Notes: a model not told the origin generated them from the letters alone. Numbered from the stretch's first letter, positions 1 to 13,252 are shown. The stretch: DNA of 64,000 nt from Camelus dromedarius (GCF_036321535.1 NC_087472.1:102488001-102552000), one strand, 5' to 3'. Numbers and translations: made by a program.

Positions 1-100
1 CAAATCCAAGTTTTTTCGGATGCCAGCCAAGGGCCAATCTTGTAAGCGGGCCTTTCCAAGGATAGCAATTAGGCCTGCCATATTAATTTTTTTTTCTCCA
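1..100. mobile_element. MER21-like LTR end (partial)
   Basis: gggcctttccaaggatagcaattaggcctgc resembles the end of the MER21-like LTR at 56455-56981. Confidence 0.55.
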
Positions 101-916
101 TGCAGGTTTCAGGCAGTTCTTGAAATTAGGCTTTGCACATCTGGGGACATATATCCTTCATGCTCACTTAAGGATATTGTATTTGTCTAATAAGAAAATA
201 ATGGAACACTTTTCCCCTTTAGCATTGGAATTGAATCTAGATTTTAAAAATGTCATATACATATGTATATGTATATGTATCCCCCTTCTAACTTGGAGGA
301 CTATCTGGCAAATAGTGATTATTTTTTTTTAAGTCAGTATTATGGGATAGCAGAGGTGGAGTTATATATAGCTTGAATATATTCTTTATTGTTGTTATAG
401 AAGTAGTATATGTTCAATGTAGAAAATTTAAGCAAAGCATAATGTAAAATGCATAAAGTGGAAGATTCTTCCTCCCTGAAATCCCACTTCTCTCTTGTAC
501 CTGTTGTTCCTAGATTGATGCATATCTTTATAGACTTCATTCTCTCTCTATATAAACGTTTATATTTAGTAATATTCTCTCTGGGTATACCACAGTTAAA
601 GGAAGTCTTATTATCTTTTTTTGGAGGGGGAAGTCTTATTACCTTGATTTAAATGGTAAAACCTTTATATAATGAGCCAAAGGATACACTTACATGTATG
701 AGAAATTTAGTAACTTCCAGCTTAGGACTGATCTGATTTTCTCACTTCTTTGTAGCTCCCTTCTCTAATCACTTTTTATTTTTGACTTTCCAGGGTATAG
801 CTCCCTTCCTGTTCTTCCTATTCCTTCAAGTCCCCTACTCCCTCATAGGAAAAAAATAAAACAGCAATAGAAAATCTGTTATAATACAAATTTTCTAAAG
901 TAAAATTTTGTATCTT

Positions 917-1079
917 TAAAATTTTTTTTTGTTTTTTGGAGGGGGAGGTAATTAGGTTTATTTAATTTTTAAATTAGGTTTACTTACTTACTTATTTTCT
1001 TAATGGAGGTACTGGGGATTGAACCCAGGACCTTGTGTATGCTAAACATGCACTCTACCACTGAGCTATACCTTCCCCC
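917..1079 (-). mobile_element. tRNA-derived camelid-type SINE
   Basis: Reverse complement GGGGAAGGTATAGCTCAGTGGTAGAG...GGTTCAATCCCC (A and B boxes) with an AT-rich tail; 16-bp TSD taaaattttgtatctt at 901-916 and 1080-1095. Confidence 0.9.
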
Positions 1080-1120
1080 TAAAATTTTGTATCTTAAGAT
1101 CTGTTCAGATAGTAATTTTT

Positions 1121-1389
1121 TTCCTGACGTTTCAATCCTTTATTTATAAAATGATTTATCTTAAAATATTTCAATCAAGAAAATCCTTTTTTTAAAAAAA
1201 ATTGAAGTATAGTTGATTTACAATGTTGTGTTAGTTCCTGTTGTACAGCATAGTGATTCAGTTATACATGTATATATATATTCTTTTTCATTTAGGTTAT
1301 TAGAAGCTATTGAATATAATTCCCTGTGCTGTACAGTAGGACCTTGTTGTTCATCTGTTCTGTACATAGTAGTTTGTATCTGCTAATTC
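1121..1389 (-). mobile_element. 5'-truncated L1 3' end with a probable short 3' transduction
   Basis: L1 3'UTR (attgaagtatagttgatttacaatgttgtg...) about 1190-1389; TSD cagatagtaa(t/g)tttt at 1106-1120 and 1390-1404. Confidence 0.75.
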
Positions 1390-2218
1390 CAGATAGTAAG
1401 TTTTACAATAGGAATACTAAAATCATACAGATATATGGGGACTTTTATGTGCATAGGAATTACTGTACATGTTTGTACGTTTTTCATTTAATAGAGTGCA
1501 TTGGCAGTAGCTTCTGCTAAGTACCGTTTGAATCATGGTCTTGTGCTGTGTTTACCTCTCCTGGCTGTCACAGTGACTTTGCAACTGGTTTTCAGTCTTC
1601 CCTCCATTTCCCTCATTGTGCCACAGTGACCTTTCTAAAATCACTCTCTATTCCTTAAGACTTTTCATTGGCTTCAAGGGTAAGCTTCTTCTCTTACTGG
1701 GTGGAGTCTCTTGAGGTCCCCAAAGCAGTCACCACTTTCTGTCTTTCGTCTGAGGGTTCATCCAAGCTGTTCCTTTGTCTCCCCCCACCCCTGTCTCCTG
1801 CACACCTTCCCACTTGTCTCCTAGCTGCACACATGTGCTTGTCTTGCTTCTGCTCATCCTCAAAAGCTTAGCTTCTTGCACATCCCCTCCCCAGAGGGCT
1901 TCCCTGAAGGAACTCCTTCCTGTCTTCTCTCCGATCTGGGTCTAGATCAGGCTTCTGATTCCTTCTGTAGTATTCTCTTCTTTGCCCATTGTAGTCGTTA
2001 TCTCCCTGTGGTGTGGATGCCTGCTTATTTGGTTTCATAATCTTCCTGAAAGATTACAAGAGCTCCAGAACAGAGATGGTGCTTTTCTAAGCTAAGTGAC
2101 CAGTACAGTGTTGGCATGATAAGTAGCTTTTGAATAATTCTGTCTGGATTAGATGGCTCTATTATTTTCCAGTATTTATTTTTCTTAAATGTTCCTTTAA
2201 TCTGTTGGATGTTTTTAG

Positions 2219-2307
2219 TACATAGACTCCATTGATCTGGAGCAGACTACTGAAACTGAGGACCCTGTGAAATTCCATGAAGCTTGGCAGAAGCTATGCA
2301 AAGCTGA
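2219..2307 (+). CDS. CTPS2: CTP synthase 2 coding exon (about exon 10), [29 protein letters not shown](D)
   Basis: Acceptor tttttag| and donor |gtgagt; 89 bp; translation matches recalled CTPS2; ends phase 2 (GA+T=Asp with the next exon). Confidence 0.96.
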
Positions 2308-3274
2308 GTGAGTACTGAGGACCATCCACACCAGTTAGGAAGATGCCATTGTGATTTTTCCATAATGATTTGATTTACCCCAGTTACTAATTTTTGTGCG
2401 TTTTGAAAGGTAGTTTGTCATACTTGTGATTCTGAGTGGTTGTGCCACATTCATACTGCACTTACTTTAAAATGTGCCATGTTAATGTTAGTGGCATGTG
2501 TGGTAGAAATGGTTTGATCCTGGGGAGGTTGGAAATACTGTATTGGGGGGAAAGTGCGTTGATGCTACTGAAAGATGCAGAGATGGCCCTTAAATATTCA
2601 AAGTTAAAATGTAAGAATGACAGCCCTCCTCTCTTGGGTTTATGTTCTTTTCTACGTCATTTGGTTGTAGGTTTTATTTTGTAAGTAATCCATAGAATTC
2701 TTCGAGGTGGCATTGCGTTGTGAGGGTAGCATGACCCTCCGGTTTTTCTGTTGAACTCTTTTCTTTTCAAATGAGAGTGTTTACACTGAAAGTCTCTAAA
2801 GGGTCTCCTAGCCAGGAAATTTTCCTGTGCCTCTACTAAATTAGCAATCAAAATCCAAGGCCGATTTTACCAGTTTAACTCTTTCTGATTATGTAAGATA
2901 TCTTAACATTTTTGTAATAGTACTTATAAAAGAACTGCAACCTATTTTTATTCAGATAATTCTTTCAGAGGCATTTTTAATTGAATTGAGTTTTTCAGTC
3001 ATTGTGCTCACCTCCCACAGAGACCTATCAGAAAATACATACCAGTGTCAGTTGTGAGAAATTTTTGCACCTTCTTTATAACATTGGGAGGATTTTGAGA
3101 AGAAAATTCAGGATGTGAACTCATGTAACCAATTCTGAAAATAGACCCCCAAGCATATTCTCTAGCAGTTGTGCCAAGTGTTGGATTTGGGATCAGTAAG
3201 CATGAATGACTGCAAATAAGAGTTTTACAAATAAAAATAACATGAAAGTCACCCTCATCTTGTGTCAACTGCAG

Positions 3275-3369
3275 TGGTGTTCTTGTGCCAGGAGGCTTTG
3301 GAATCAGAGGAACGTTGGGAAAACTCCAGGCTATTTCTTGGGCAAGGACACGGAAGATTCCTTTTCTGG
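3275..3369 (+). CDS. CTPS2: CTPS2 exon (about exon 11), [31 protein letters not shown](G); oxyanion-hole PGGFG
   Basis: ctgcag| acceptor, |gtgaga donor; 95 bp; class I GATase PGGFG motif; in frame with flanking exons. Confidence 0.97.
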
Positions 3370-5300
3370 GTGAGACTGATGTTTATGAATTCTAACTATG
3401 AGTTTTTTAGATTTTTAACACCTAGTAGGGATAACACTTAATAGGGTTTGTTAACATGAACAATGTGATCTTGAAGTTGAGCATTCAGGTACCAAATAGT
3501 TGGCTACGGGGTCTGGAAACTATATTCTGCAAGCCATACCCGGCTTGTAGTACAGTGGCAGAGTTTGAGACCCTATAGCCTGCAAGGCCTAAAATCTTTA
3601 CTTTCTGGCCCTTTCCAGAAAAAAATTTCTCAGCCTAGGAGAACTTACCACTCTTCTGGTTGGGTAGCGAGAGTTTGGGAAGAGCTGTTGTTCATACCTG
3701 CCCTTACTTTGTCTGATTCCCACCTGAATTCATCTTTTTCCACTTCAAGCAGAGAACAGTTCAACAGAATTCCACCATGTTATTTCTAATCAGAAAGAAA
3801 AAAATTTAAGTTAAAATTTATATGCACTTTCTAGAAAAGATAATACAGAAAGACCATCCAGTGTGACAGGGACAGCTCTGTTAAGATTTAGTAGAGCTGG
3901 GTCCTTTTACAGCTTTTGCTCAGATTGTAAAGCTTGGCTTCTGGAGCAGTGAAACCAGATGAATTGGAACCTTGATAGTATACAGGCAACCCTGCAACTG
4001 GGAATTCAGAAGAAAAGGGAGTACAGAGAGGCTGTGTTTCATGCTGTGCTTGCATGTGCTGGTGGGTTTATGAACCAAGTGGGCCAGCTCTGGTACCCTT
4101 TACTTAATATCAGCAGACTGTTCGTTTTCCTCATTGCCTCTTCTTTGATTAGCTTCCTGGATGCTGTCCACTTGGGATCCATTTTCAAAAGAGAAGCCGG
4201 GAGTCGTTACCTTGATACCTGGCTTTGTTTTACCCATCTGAGCTCATCTGGGCCACTGTTTTCTCCTGAAGTAATCTTGTTTAGTTTCTGTCTAAATGTG
4301 ATTAGCATTCTTCAGATAATTTTCAGTGTGTAGAAAGAAGAGTTTGCAGCTCTTTGGCTTTCTCTTTCATACAATGTCTCTATGTCCTGGCCTTATGGAA
4401 CTTTCTGAAGTCCCCCACAAAGCACTCAGCTGTTTCGTGCTTATTGACTTCTGTTCTGGCCGCCCAGTGTATTGATTGTTCTCTCCTTTGAGCCCCTTGT
4501 GTCCCTTGTATATGTCTGTCAGAGCATCTGGAGTGCTCCTTGGCATTTGTTTCTTGGGGAGGCTTAGTGGGCTGCAGTGAATATGGGCACATCCCTCTGG
4601 CCACAGGCCTGGGGCTGCACAGGCCTCTTTTTCTCCTTATTGAGCTCTCTGTTCAGTTCCATTTGCATCTACATCCTGCTTAAACCCACAGGGGAGGTGC
4701 CAGCTCCCCCAGCTGCTGCTTTTTCCCCTGCAGTGAGGCTACAGGGCTGTTCTGGGCTCAGCAACCAGGCACAGACCTCCCGCTCCACTGCCCATCTGTA
4801 GGTGCTCCTTGGATCCCAGCCCACTGGCCAGTCAGAGGCTGCCCATGGTCAGAGCCCGTATTTCAAGCTGTGAAAGTACCTCAGGAAGAGGAAGTGTGAA
4901 ATCCCAGCCCACGGAGACTCCCTCATGCGTTGAGGTGTTGTTAGACATTCTCTGATGAAATCAGGGGCTCTGGGGCAGCCCTGCAGCCCACACGTGTGCC
5001 TCGATCTAGAGACAGATTTGGAGGGGGTCAGATTTGCCTTTTGGACCTTGCCCTGTCCTTTCCTGCCCTTTTCCAATCTCACATTTATTGCTCCTCAAGT
5101 TTGGGTCGTCCAGCCCCTTCCCTGCCCCTGCCACACGTGTTCTGAGGGCAGACACTACAGCAGTGAGCTCAGCGGGGCATCTTGCTCTGTTGAGGCCGAT
5201 GGTGGCTTGGATGGAGGCAATATACAGCCAACAAATGAATAGAAAATACGAAGTGATGCAAAGTATGTTCATTTCTTTATGTATGTACTTTTTAAAATAG

Positions 5301-5363
5301 GAGTTTGCCTTGGAATGCAGCTGGCAGTGATAGAGTTTGCAAGAAACTGCCTTAACTTGAAAG
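5301..5363 (+). CDS. CTPS2: CTPS2 exon (about exon 12), (G)[20 protein letters not shown], containing the catalytic Cys
   Basis: aaatag| acceptor, |gtaagt donor; 63 bp; GVCLGMQ nucleophile motif; ARNCLNLK is CTPS2-like rather than CTPS1-like. Confidence 0.97.
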
Positions 5364-5473
5364 GTAAGTCTGAAATTTTCTAAAAATCAGTTATTAAAAC
5401 AGTTCTTATTATTTAAAATATTTTTCAGCAGTATTGGTGAGTTATTGAACTCATTTCGTTTCTTAATCTTCAG

Positions 5474-5517
5474 ATGCTGATTCCACAGAATTTGACCCAA
5501 ATGCCCATATTCCTGTG
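5474..5517 (+). CDS. CTPS2: CTPS2 exon (about exon 13), (D)ADSTEFDPNAHIPV
   Basis: cttcag| acceptor after a 110-bp intron, |gtaagt donor; 44 bp; STEF motif. Confidence 0.95.
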
Positions 5518-6539
5518 GTAAGTGGCTTGTTTATCTTTCTCGGTTGAGTCACTTGTCATTTTGGTTCTGGCTCTTGCCTAAATGCATAAGGGGCTGTTAT
5601 TATTATTTTTTTTCATTCTAACATCAGGACATTTTAATTATGTATTATTATTATTATTGTTATTAGTTTACATCAAACTGCTTTGTTCTTAGTAGTCCAT
5701 CTTGTCAGCTGTGTCTTGGAGAAAGTCATGATCCTGGACTGGTTTCTCTGTGCAGCAATTTTCAAGCTTAATGTTTAGGAAAGGATTGAGTTGACTGTGA
5801 TGACACTTTACACACAGCTAATGCAAATACGTGGGCTGTCCTGTCTCTAGACCCATCCCTGTCTGTTCTTCCACTGCTCCTCATCTTCCACCAGTGTCTT
5901 TTCCGGTAAAATATTCAGTCCAAGTTTCTGGCCGGGAGCCAAGGCCATTGTACTCTGTCACCTGCTGCTTTGCTAATTCATCCCGTGGCATCCCCATCCC
6001 TCCTGTGCTTGGAGTTTTATAGTTGGACAATCTGAATGAGTTCTTTAGATGTATCCTGAGATGCCCTTATACCTGAGATGTCCCTCTTCCTGCAGCCTCC
6101 CTACCCCTAGAATCTCAATAAAACCACTGAAGCATTTAATTAAAAAGTAAACCAAACCTGATTACTGACAACTTTCTGTTCCTCTTGGGAAGCCTTTCCT
6201 GACCTCCCTTCTTTCCTGGCCTCTGCCTTTTGTGCCTAACACCCACCTCTGTCAGAGTGTACACCTCACCATGTGATTGATTTTTTATTAATGGTTTATT
6301 GAAATTTAATTCACATACCATAAAATTTAGCCGTTGAAAGTGTATAATGCAGTGACTTAGCACATTCAATAGATCTCTGCAACCATCACCACAATCAGTT
6401 TTGGACCATTTTGATTACCCCAAAATGAAATCCCACATCCTTTAGCTGACACCCCCAAGCCTCCTTTGCTCCCAGCCCTAGGCAGCTATTAATCTGTTTT
6501 CTGTCTCTATGGATTTGCCTGTTCTGGCCATTTCCTATA

Positions 6540-6765
6540 TAGTTGACCTTTGAATAATGCAGGGGTACTGACCCTCTGCACAGTCAAAAATCTGCCTATA
6601 ACTTATAGTTGGCTGTCTGTATATGCATTCCTCCACATCTGTGGTTCCGCACCTACAGATTCAACCAACCATGGCTCATGTAGTACTGTAGTATTTACTA
6701 TTGAAAAAAACCCATGTGTAAGTGGACCCACACAGTTCAAACCTGTATTGTTCAAGGGTCATCTG
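6540..6765 (-). mobile_element. Tigger2-derived MITE (TcMar), copy 1
   Basis: TIRs (t)agttgacctttgaa...ttcaagggtcatctg with TA flanks. Confidence 0.8.
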
Positions 6766-7201
6766 TAAATGGAATCATATAATATGTAGCCTTTTGTGAC
6801 TGGCTTTTACTTAGCATAACATTGCCAAGATCTATGTTATGGCAGTTATAGCATCTATCAGTACTTTCTTTTTATCGCCAAATAATATTTCATTACATAG
6901 ATATACCACACTTTCTTTACCTATTCATACATTGATGGATGTTTCCACTTTTGGGCCACTGTGAATAATGCTGCTATGAACATTTGAGTACAGGTTTTTG
7001 TATGGACCTATGTTTTCATTTCACTTGAATATATATACCTAGGAGTGGAATTGTGAGTCATACAGTGACTGTGTATTTAATTTTTTGAGGAACTGCCAAA
7101 CTGTTTTCTAAAGTGGCTGCAGCATTTTCCATTTCCATCAGCAGTGTGTGAGGGTTCCACTTTGTCTGTATCCTCAACACTTGTTATTGTCTTTTTGATT
7201 A

Positions 7202-7427
7202 CAGTTGACTCTTGAACAACATGGATTTGAACTGCATGGGTCCACTTATAGGTGGATTCTTTTTCAATAAATATATACTATAGTACTGCACGATCCACAG
7301 TTGGTTAGATCCACAAATGCAGAACTGTGGATACAGAAGGCCAGCTATAAAGTTATGCTCAGATTTTTGACTGCTTGGTGGAGGGGAATCAGTGCCCCTA
7401 ACCCCTGTGTTGTTCATAGGTCAACTG
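7202..7427 (+). mobile_element. Tigger2-derived MITE, copy 2 (inverted relative to copy 1)
   Basis: cagttgactcttgaacaac...gttcataggtcaactg with TA flanks. Confidence 0.8.
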
Positions 7428-7661
7428 TATAGCCATTCTAGTGAGTGTGAAGTTGTATCTCATTGTGGCTTTGATTCACATTTCCTTGAGGTCTGAGGAT
7501 GTCAAACATCTTTTCATATGCTTACTGACTCCTTGTACATCATCTTTGGAAAACTGTTCAGATCCTTTGCCCACTTTTAATTTGGGTTTTTTTTTTATTA
7601 TTAAGTTGTAAGGGTTTTTTATATATTCTAGGTACAATTTCTTTATTAGGTATATAATTTG

Positions 7662-7874
7662 TACTATTGACATTTTGGGCCCAATTGTTCTTTGTTGTAA
7701 GAGAGGCTGTCCTGTTCATTGTAGGATGTTCAGCAGCATCCTTGGCCTCTCCTCACTAGATGTCAGTAGTACTGTCCTCCCCACCCTGACTTGTGACACT
7801 AAAAATACCTCCAGACCTTGCCAAACATCCCCTGGGGACATAGGCAGAAGAACCCCCCCCACTGAGAACCACTG
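7662..7874. mobile_element. MER20 (hAT-Charlie)
   Basis: actattgacattttggg...gtaggatgttcagcagcatcc...gagaaccactg. Confidence 0.75.
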
Positions 7875-9094
7875 ATTTGGAGAAATCTAGTTCTGTTCCT
7901 CTCTCATCCAGCATATTCCCTTCCTTCCCTTATGGCAACCATTAATTCTTTTTTTTTTTTTTAATGAATTATCTTTCCATATACGTCAGCCTGTATGTCT
8001 ACTTGTAACCCCTCCCCTTCTTAGATAAATGATAGCATACTCTGCACATTTTTTTTCTGCTTTGCTTTTTTCACTTAACACTATATGCTGGAGTGGAGAT
8101 CACTCCATGGAAGGATGTGGAGATATTCTTCACTCCTTTTTATAGGCTGCAACTCAGACTATAATGAACCATAACTTCCCAGCCAGATGGTACTTTTAAG
8201 TCTTAGACTCAGAAGACTTAATACGAGTGAAGGGTTCCTAATAAGGCTTTAACAGAAACATACTTCCTGACTAATGGCTGAAATGGCTGTGCCAGGCAAA
8301 CTTGGGTTTTCCTCTCTTACATTATACTTTGGGATAGGAAGTGACTTTACCAGTAGGTGCCACTGTTAGATAGTTTTGACACTGTTAATTCCTCTATCAC
8401 TATCCTTTACTCTGTGTGTGTGTATACAAACACTTGCTCACACACATATATGGATATACGTTCCTTAACAAAATACACATGCTAGCATGCTTGAGACATT
8501 GTTCACCCTTGCTTTTTGTACTGATCACGCCACATCAGTGCACAGGAATTTTCCACTTTCTTGCCTTGCTATGTGCATTATTCTTTATTTAAACAGTCTC
8601 ATATTGATGAATATTTAGGTTCTGTCCATTATTTGCTGCTTTAAATCATGCTGCAAATTAGTATCTACATATGTCCTTGTACTCACATATTCACATTTCT
8701 ATGGGATGAATTCCTAGAAGGGGAATTGCTAAGTCAGAGGAAATGGGCATTTTACATTTTGATAGCTTCTATACTCATAAGTGAGATGAGAACAATAAAA
8801 CCTAATTGCTACTGAACATCTTTATGGTCTGCAATCAGTTTGTTGGAGAAAAATAGCCTTAAGATCCAGCATTTGTGAAGATGGGGAGAAGTCTTATTAA
8901 AGAAAAAGACTAAGGTAATAGAATCACCAGGCAGCAAGCACCAGGAAGCCTGGGGAAATCACTTAAACTTGAGCAAATAACAATGACTTACAGTGGGTAA
9001 TGGCCATTCTGGCCCTCCTTGCTAAAAAAGCAAATAATTTGGAAACCAGGCGCCACCTTTAGGGTATACTTGCTGCTAAAATCTGTTTCATGGG

Positions 9095-9636
9095 TATGGG
9101 GGAGGAAAAATAATTTTACCTCCACTCTTTTAGATTCTTGGCTGAGACCCCCTGTAATAAAAGAGAATAACAGGAGAAAAACAAATAGAAGCTTAATAAC
9201 ACGTATACCTCCTGTAGACTCAGGAAAACTGAGAAACTCCCTGAAAAGGCCCAGGCTACCATCTGAAATACCATCCCCAGCTAAAAAGGAAAGATGTTAG
9301 AGATGGGGGCATTTATGGGAGGTTTTCAGGCAAAGCAGAGTAAACATGGGTAAGGTTGTTATGCAGATTTAAGTCATTATCTTCTCCATTGATAAGAGTT
9401 TCTAAAGATTTAGAGTCATCCTTGTCTTCCTGGTTGAGAGAGAGAGAGAGAGACAGGGAGACACTCTTACCCATGGAGAGTTCCCTTATAAATGTAAATG
9501 TCTCTAACAAAAGGGCAACTTCTACTCTGTTTTCAGAGCTTCTCTTGTGTCTGCTGTTTCTTAAAAAATAATCAGCACAAGATAATCTTTATGCCAAAGA
9601 GACATATTTTGGGGTGGAAAATTCTGCTCCCCTTCA
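9095..9636 (-). mobile_element. ERV1-class solo LTR (MER34-like family)
   Basis: Ends ggggtggaaaattctgctccccttca; 4-bp TSD tggg; paralogous to the LTRs at 12734, 14494 and 18400. Confidence 0.8.
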
Positions 9637-10301
9637 TGGGTCATCATGCTCCTCCTTTGGCATGCGTGATTAGTCCTGTGGTTGTTTATTAAATCAGTAG
9701 AGACACTGGTATATAGGGCAGACACCTAAGAGGAGGTGTTTCTTATGCACATAAGAGGGGAAATAGATTTTTTTCTGAGAGTAAAGGTAGACTCTGAGTC
9801 TGAAAGTACCAGGAGAGAGTGAGTAAAATTTATTGTGTCATTTCTCTGCTTATTCCACAAGGAAATAGAAGGCCCTGGAACTTTGCAGAATATTTAGGTT
9901 CTCCTGCGAGTATGATTTGGGGGCCCACTTCCAAGTAGCTTTACTTGCCTTTTAGATGACACTTACCGGGAACACAGCTGCAGCTGACTTGCATTCTGAC
10001 TTTATCAATCGCACAGCTGCTGCTGACAGCTTTGACCTTGACTTTGGCTTCAGATCTCTGGCTCATGTGGAAGACAGTCCATGGCATGGTGTTTATATTT
10101 AGAATGTTTTTGGCTTTTGAGATATCTATAGAAATAATAATCTCAATCTAATGTTTAGGTATGTGGATATGGATAATTTTTAGCATTTCTTTTCTGTTTA
10201 TTGAAAATAGTAACTTTAAAAATCTGAATTTACATTAGATATTTACACAGTATCTGAAAACAGGATCCGTGTTCCACATTCAAACACATCAACACACACA
10301 G

Positions 10302-10718
10302 TGTCAGCTAAAAAATGATGCAAGAGGCTGCAAATAAGAAAGGAGTTTATTTCAGGTCTTAAGAATTGCAGCTTGGGAGACACAGATTTGGGTAACCCTG
10401 GAAGAATGTTCTGAGGGAGACAGAGTCGGGGATTATAAAGGCAAAAAACCAAGAGGTTGTTAAAAGTTACCTGGTGAGAATTATGATGGACTCTCACCCA
10501 AATAAGAAAACATATGCCCTGGAGGAATCATGAGTTGTTTTAGGGGTCTGATAAGTATCTTGAGTTTCTGGCAGGTGTTCTGATGACTTTATCAGGTCAA
10601 AAGGTCAGATTCCATCCAGGCTGAGACGTGCATAAGTCACACTTCCTTAATGGCTTCCTGGCTCCATTTTAGAGAGCTCTGTTAGCAATACCGACTCCAT
10701 TTTGTTTTTCTTGTCACA
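10302..10718 (-). mobile_element. Solo LTR (MER41-like)
   Basis: tgtcagctaaaaaa...ccattttgtttttcttgtcaca; TG...CA ends; tttatt near the left end. Confidence 0.65.
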
Positions 10719-11934
10719 ATGTACATGTGGATGGTTATATTATGGTAAGGAAAAGTGAGAAATTTGAAGTATTTTAAGCAGATGCAAATGGAGATTTGAG
10801 ATTGTGGCATTTGCTATTATTTCAATTTTAGTTATTTATCATAGATATGACTTCTTTTATCCCTTTTTATCTAAGGATTTTCAAAGTCAAAATTAATTTT
10901 ACATCTGACATAGTGGATTTGTGATTGATTCAGTTGAAGGGTAGCTTGTGTTATATATTAAGCATAATTAGTGCATAACATTTTCTAACCTTTAGTTGAA
11001 GCCCTGTTTAAGATATTTTGTACTTTCATTTATTTTTCCACAATTTCATATGGAAAGCAAATTAAGAGAGTTAAAAAAAAACCACCCAGAAAACAGCCAC
11101 TTAGAGTAACCTTCCAGGCAACTTTTATTAGTTTGAAGACTGCTTTGCATTTAGAACATTGTAGTAAGCATCTTCCAACTATCCAAGCAATCTGAAGTCA
11201 TTAGGAGCTTAGTTTGGGCTGAAGAACTTTTTTCCCATAAAAGCAGCTGTCAGGAAGATAGCTATCCTATGGGTAAGAGCCTTTTATGGACCAGTCTGGG
11301 AGCCTAATAGTCATTTAATCCTGTCTCTGTGGGGACCATAGGTTCAGAGTGGATATCAGGCTGTTGGCTGTAGTAACTACTTTCGATATGGAGAAAGAAA
11401 ATTCTTCTAGGCATGATGGCTGCTGCCTAATGGCTAGGGCCTCTTTTCCACTCCACCCTCCCCCTTATCCAAATCTACCTTTTAAAAGGAGTCAGCATAG
11501 CTGGGAGTAAGCCCCCATTAGTGAGTCAACAAGGGTAGTTCATAATTTTAGCAATAACTGAATGACTAAATGAGTACTTCAAAGCTAATGTATTTTAAAG
11601 CTTTTGTACCTTTAGCTCAATGGGAAATGCCTTAGGAAGAGGTATTTCAATGACTTAAAAGATTTTTTTCCATAGAAATATTTGGATGCTAGCAGAAAGA
11701 GATTATTAAAAAGAAAAAAGTCCCTGTGTGTTCAGCACTCATCCACTTAAGTGCAGTCCTAAATATAGTGCATTACAAGTGAGCAGCCACCACAACCCTG
11801 CTTGCGGTTTAGTTGGAGACACAAGACATAGACTTGTGAAACATACAACCAAATGTGTGGGCAGCAGTGAGTACACCCTCAGTAATGCTACCAGCACTGA
11901 CAACTAGGACTTCTGCCATGTTTGAATCTTCTGG

Positions 11935-12100
11935 ATTTATGCCATCCAGTATGGCAGCCACTAGCCACACAGGACTATGGAGCACTTGAAGTTTAGCTTG
12001 TGTGGCCAAGGAACTGAATTTTAAATTTTATATAATTTTAATGAATTTAAATGCCAATAGCCACTTAATCTAGTGGCCATGATATTGCATGGCTCACTTA
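11935..12100. mobile_element. MER3-like hAT MITE
   Basis: tccagtatggcagccactagccac...gagcacttgaa...gaactgaattttaaattt. Confidence 0.65.
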
Positions 12101-12733
12101 GATCTTGGATAGTTAAGAATTCAGGGTCAGGGAAAAACTCCTGAAGATTAGAGTAAGAAGGGAAGAGTGTCAGTGGCTTGCAGACTTAATTGGAAGGAGG
12201 GAAGGCAGAATTTAGGCTGGAATGTCCAAGATCTGATCATAAAATAGCATGGCCGGGGCACATAGCTCCTGTAGGGAAATGGAAGGAAATAAAAGGGATG
12301 GGTGTGAACTTGTGGAGGTCCTTAAGTATCAGTGTCAGAATTAATTGTGAAGGCAATAGGGAACCAATAAGATAATAGCAGCCAATTGTGACATGTTATG
12401 CAGATACCATACTCATTACTGAAGACTTTCCAATAGAAACGGGCAGTTTAGGAAGATTCAGTTGGCATGGGGGAGAGAGGGACGAGAGAGGAGAAAGGGA
12501 CAAGAGGGGAGAAAAGTCTCCAAGTGGGACATGTGATTGAATATCATGGCAGCCTCAGTCTGAGATCTAAGGAGATGGATTGGGGCGGAAGTTATAGTAG
12601 AAAGACCTAGCTGGCAGAGCAGCTTTGTGGAATGAATCAACAAGATTTAGTGACTGGACAGTCAAGAATTCTTCATTCAGCAAGTAGCTATTGAGTCTCT
12701 CCCATGTGCCAGGCCCCGATCTAGACTTGGGGA

Positions 12734-13252
12734 TGTCAGGGAGGAAGAAACTTTCCTCCACCGTCCTAGGTTCTTCTGGCTGGTATAAGAATTAAATTGA
12801 CATGAAACAGATTAACAGGAGAAAATCAAATAAAACTTTAGTAACATGTATACATGGGAGAGACCCAGGAAAATTGAGTCACTTGCTAAAATGGCCAAAG
12901 CATCACCCTTAGCTGAAGACAAAAGAGGATGTTGAGGGTGGAGAGAGTGAGTTACAGGAGGTGACCAGGAAAAGCACAGTGAACAAGGACAAGATTGTGA
13001 TGCAGATTTAAATCTTTGCCTTCTTCATTGATAAATTTCTGGAGATTTGGTTATCATCCTCTTCTAGGTACAGCTGAGGGAGACACTCTTACAAATAGAG
13101 ATTTTCCTTACACATGTAGATGTTTCTTACAAAAGGGTAACTCCTACTAGGTTTACGTAGTTTTTCCCATGTCTGCTGTTTCTTAGAAAATAATCAGCTT
13201 AAAATAATATTCTAAAGAGACACATTTTGTGGGGAGCAAGTTCTGTTCTCCA
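12734..13252 (-). mobile_element. ERV1-class solo LTR (MER34-like) inserted into an L2 tail
   Basis: TG...CA ends, 4-bp TSD ggga; the flanks rejoin into an L2 3' end (ttcattcagcaagtagctattgag...cctacagtctggt). Confidence 0.85.

Larger units (their letters stand above)
6275..7660 (-). mobile_element. Old L1M 3' fragment interrupted by two Tigger2-type MITEs
   Basis: Typical L1M 3'UTR motifs (ttcacataccataaaattt, aatggaatcatataatatgtag, gtgaataatgctgctatgaacatt). Confidence 0.8.

Noticed and set aside
1005..1079. tRNA-like sequence (also at 30967, 34860 and 41190)
   Set aside because: These are SINE heads with AT-rich tails and TSDs, not tRNA genes
6550..7417. Two similar ORFs (MNNAGV.../MNNTGV...) suggesting a duplicated small gene
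   Set aside because: The similarity comes from two copies of the same non-coding MITE
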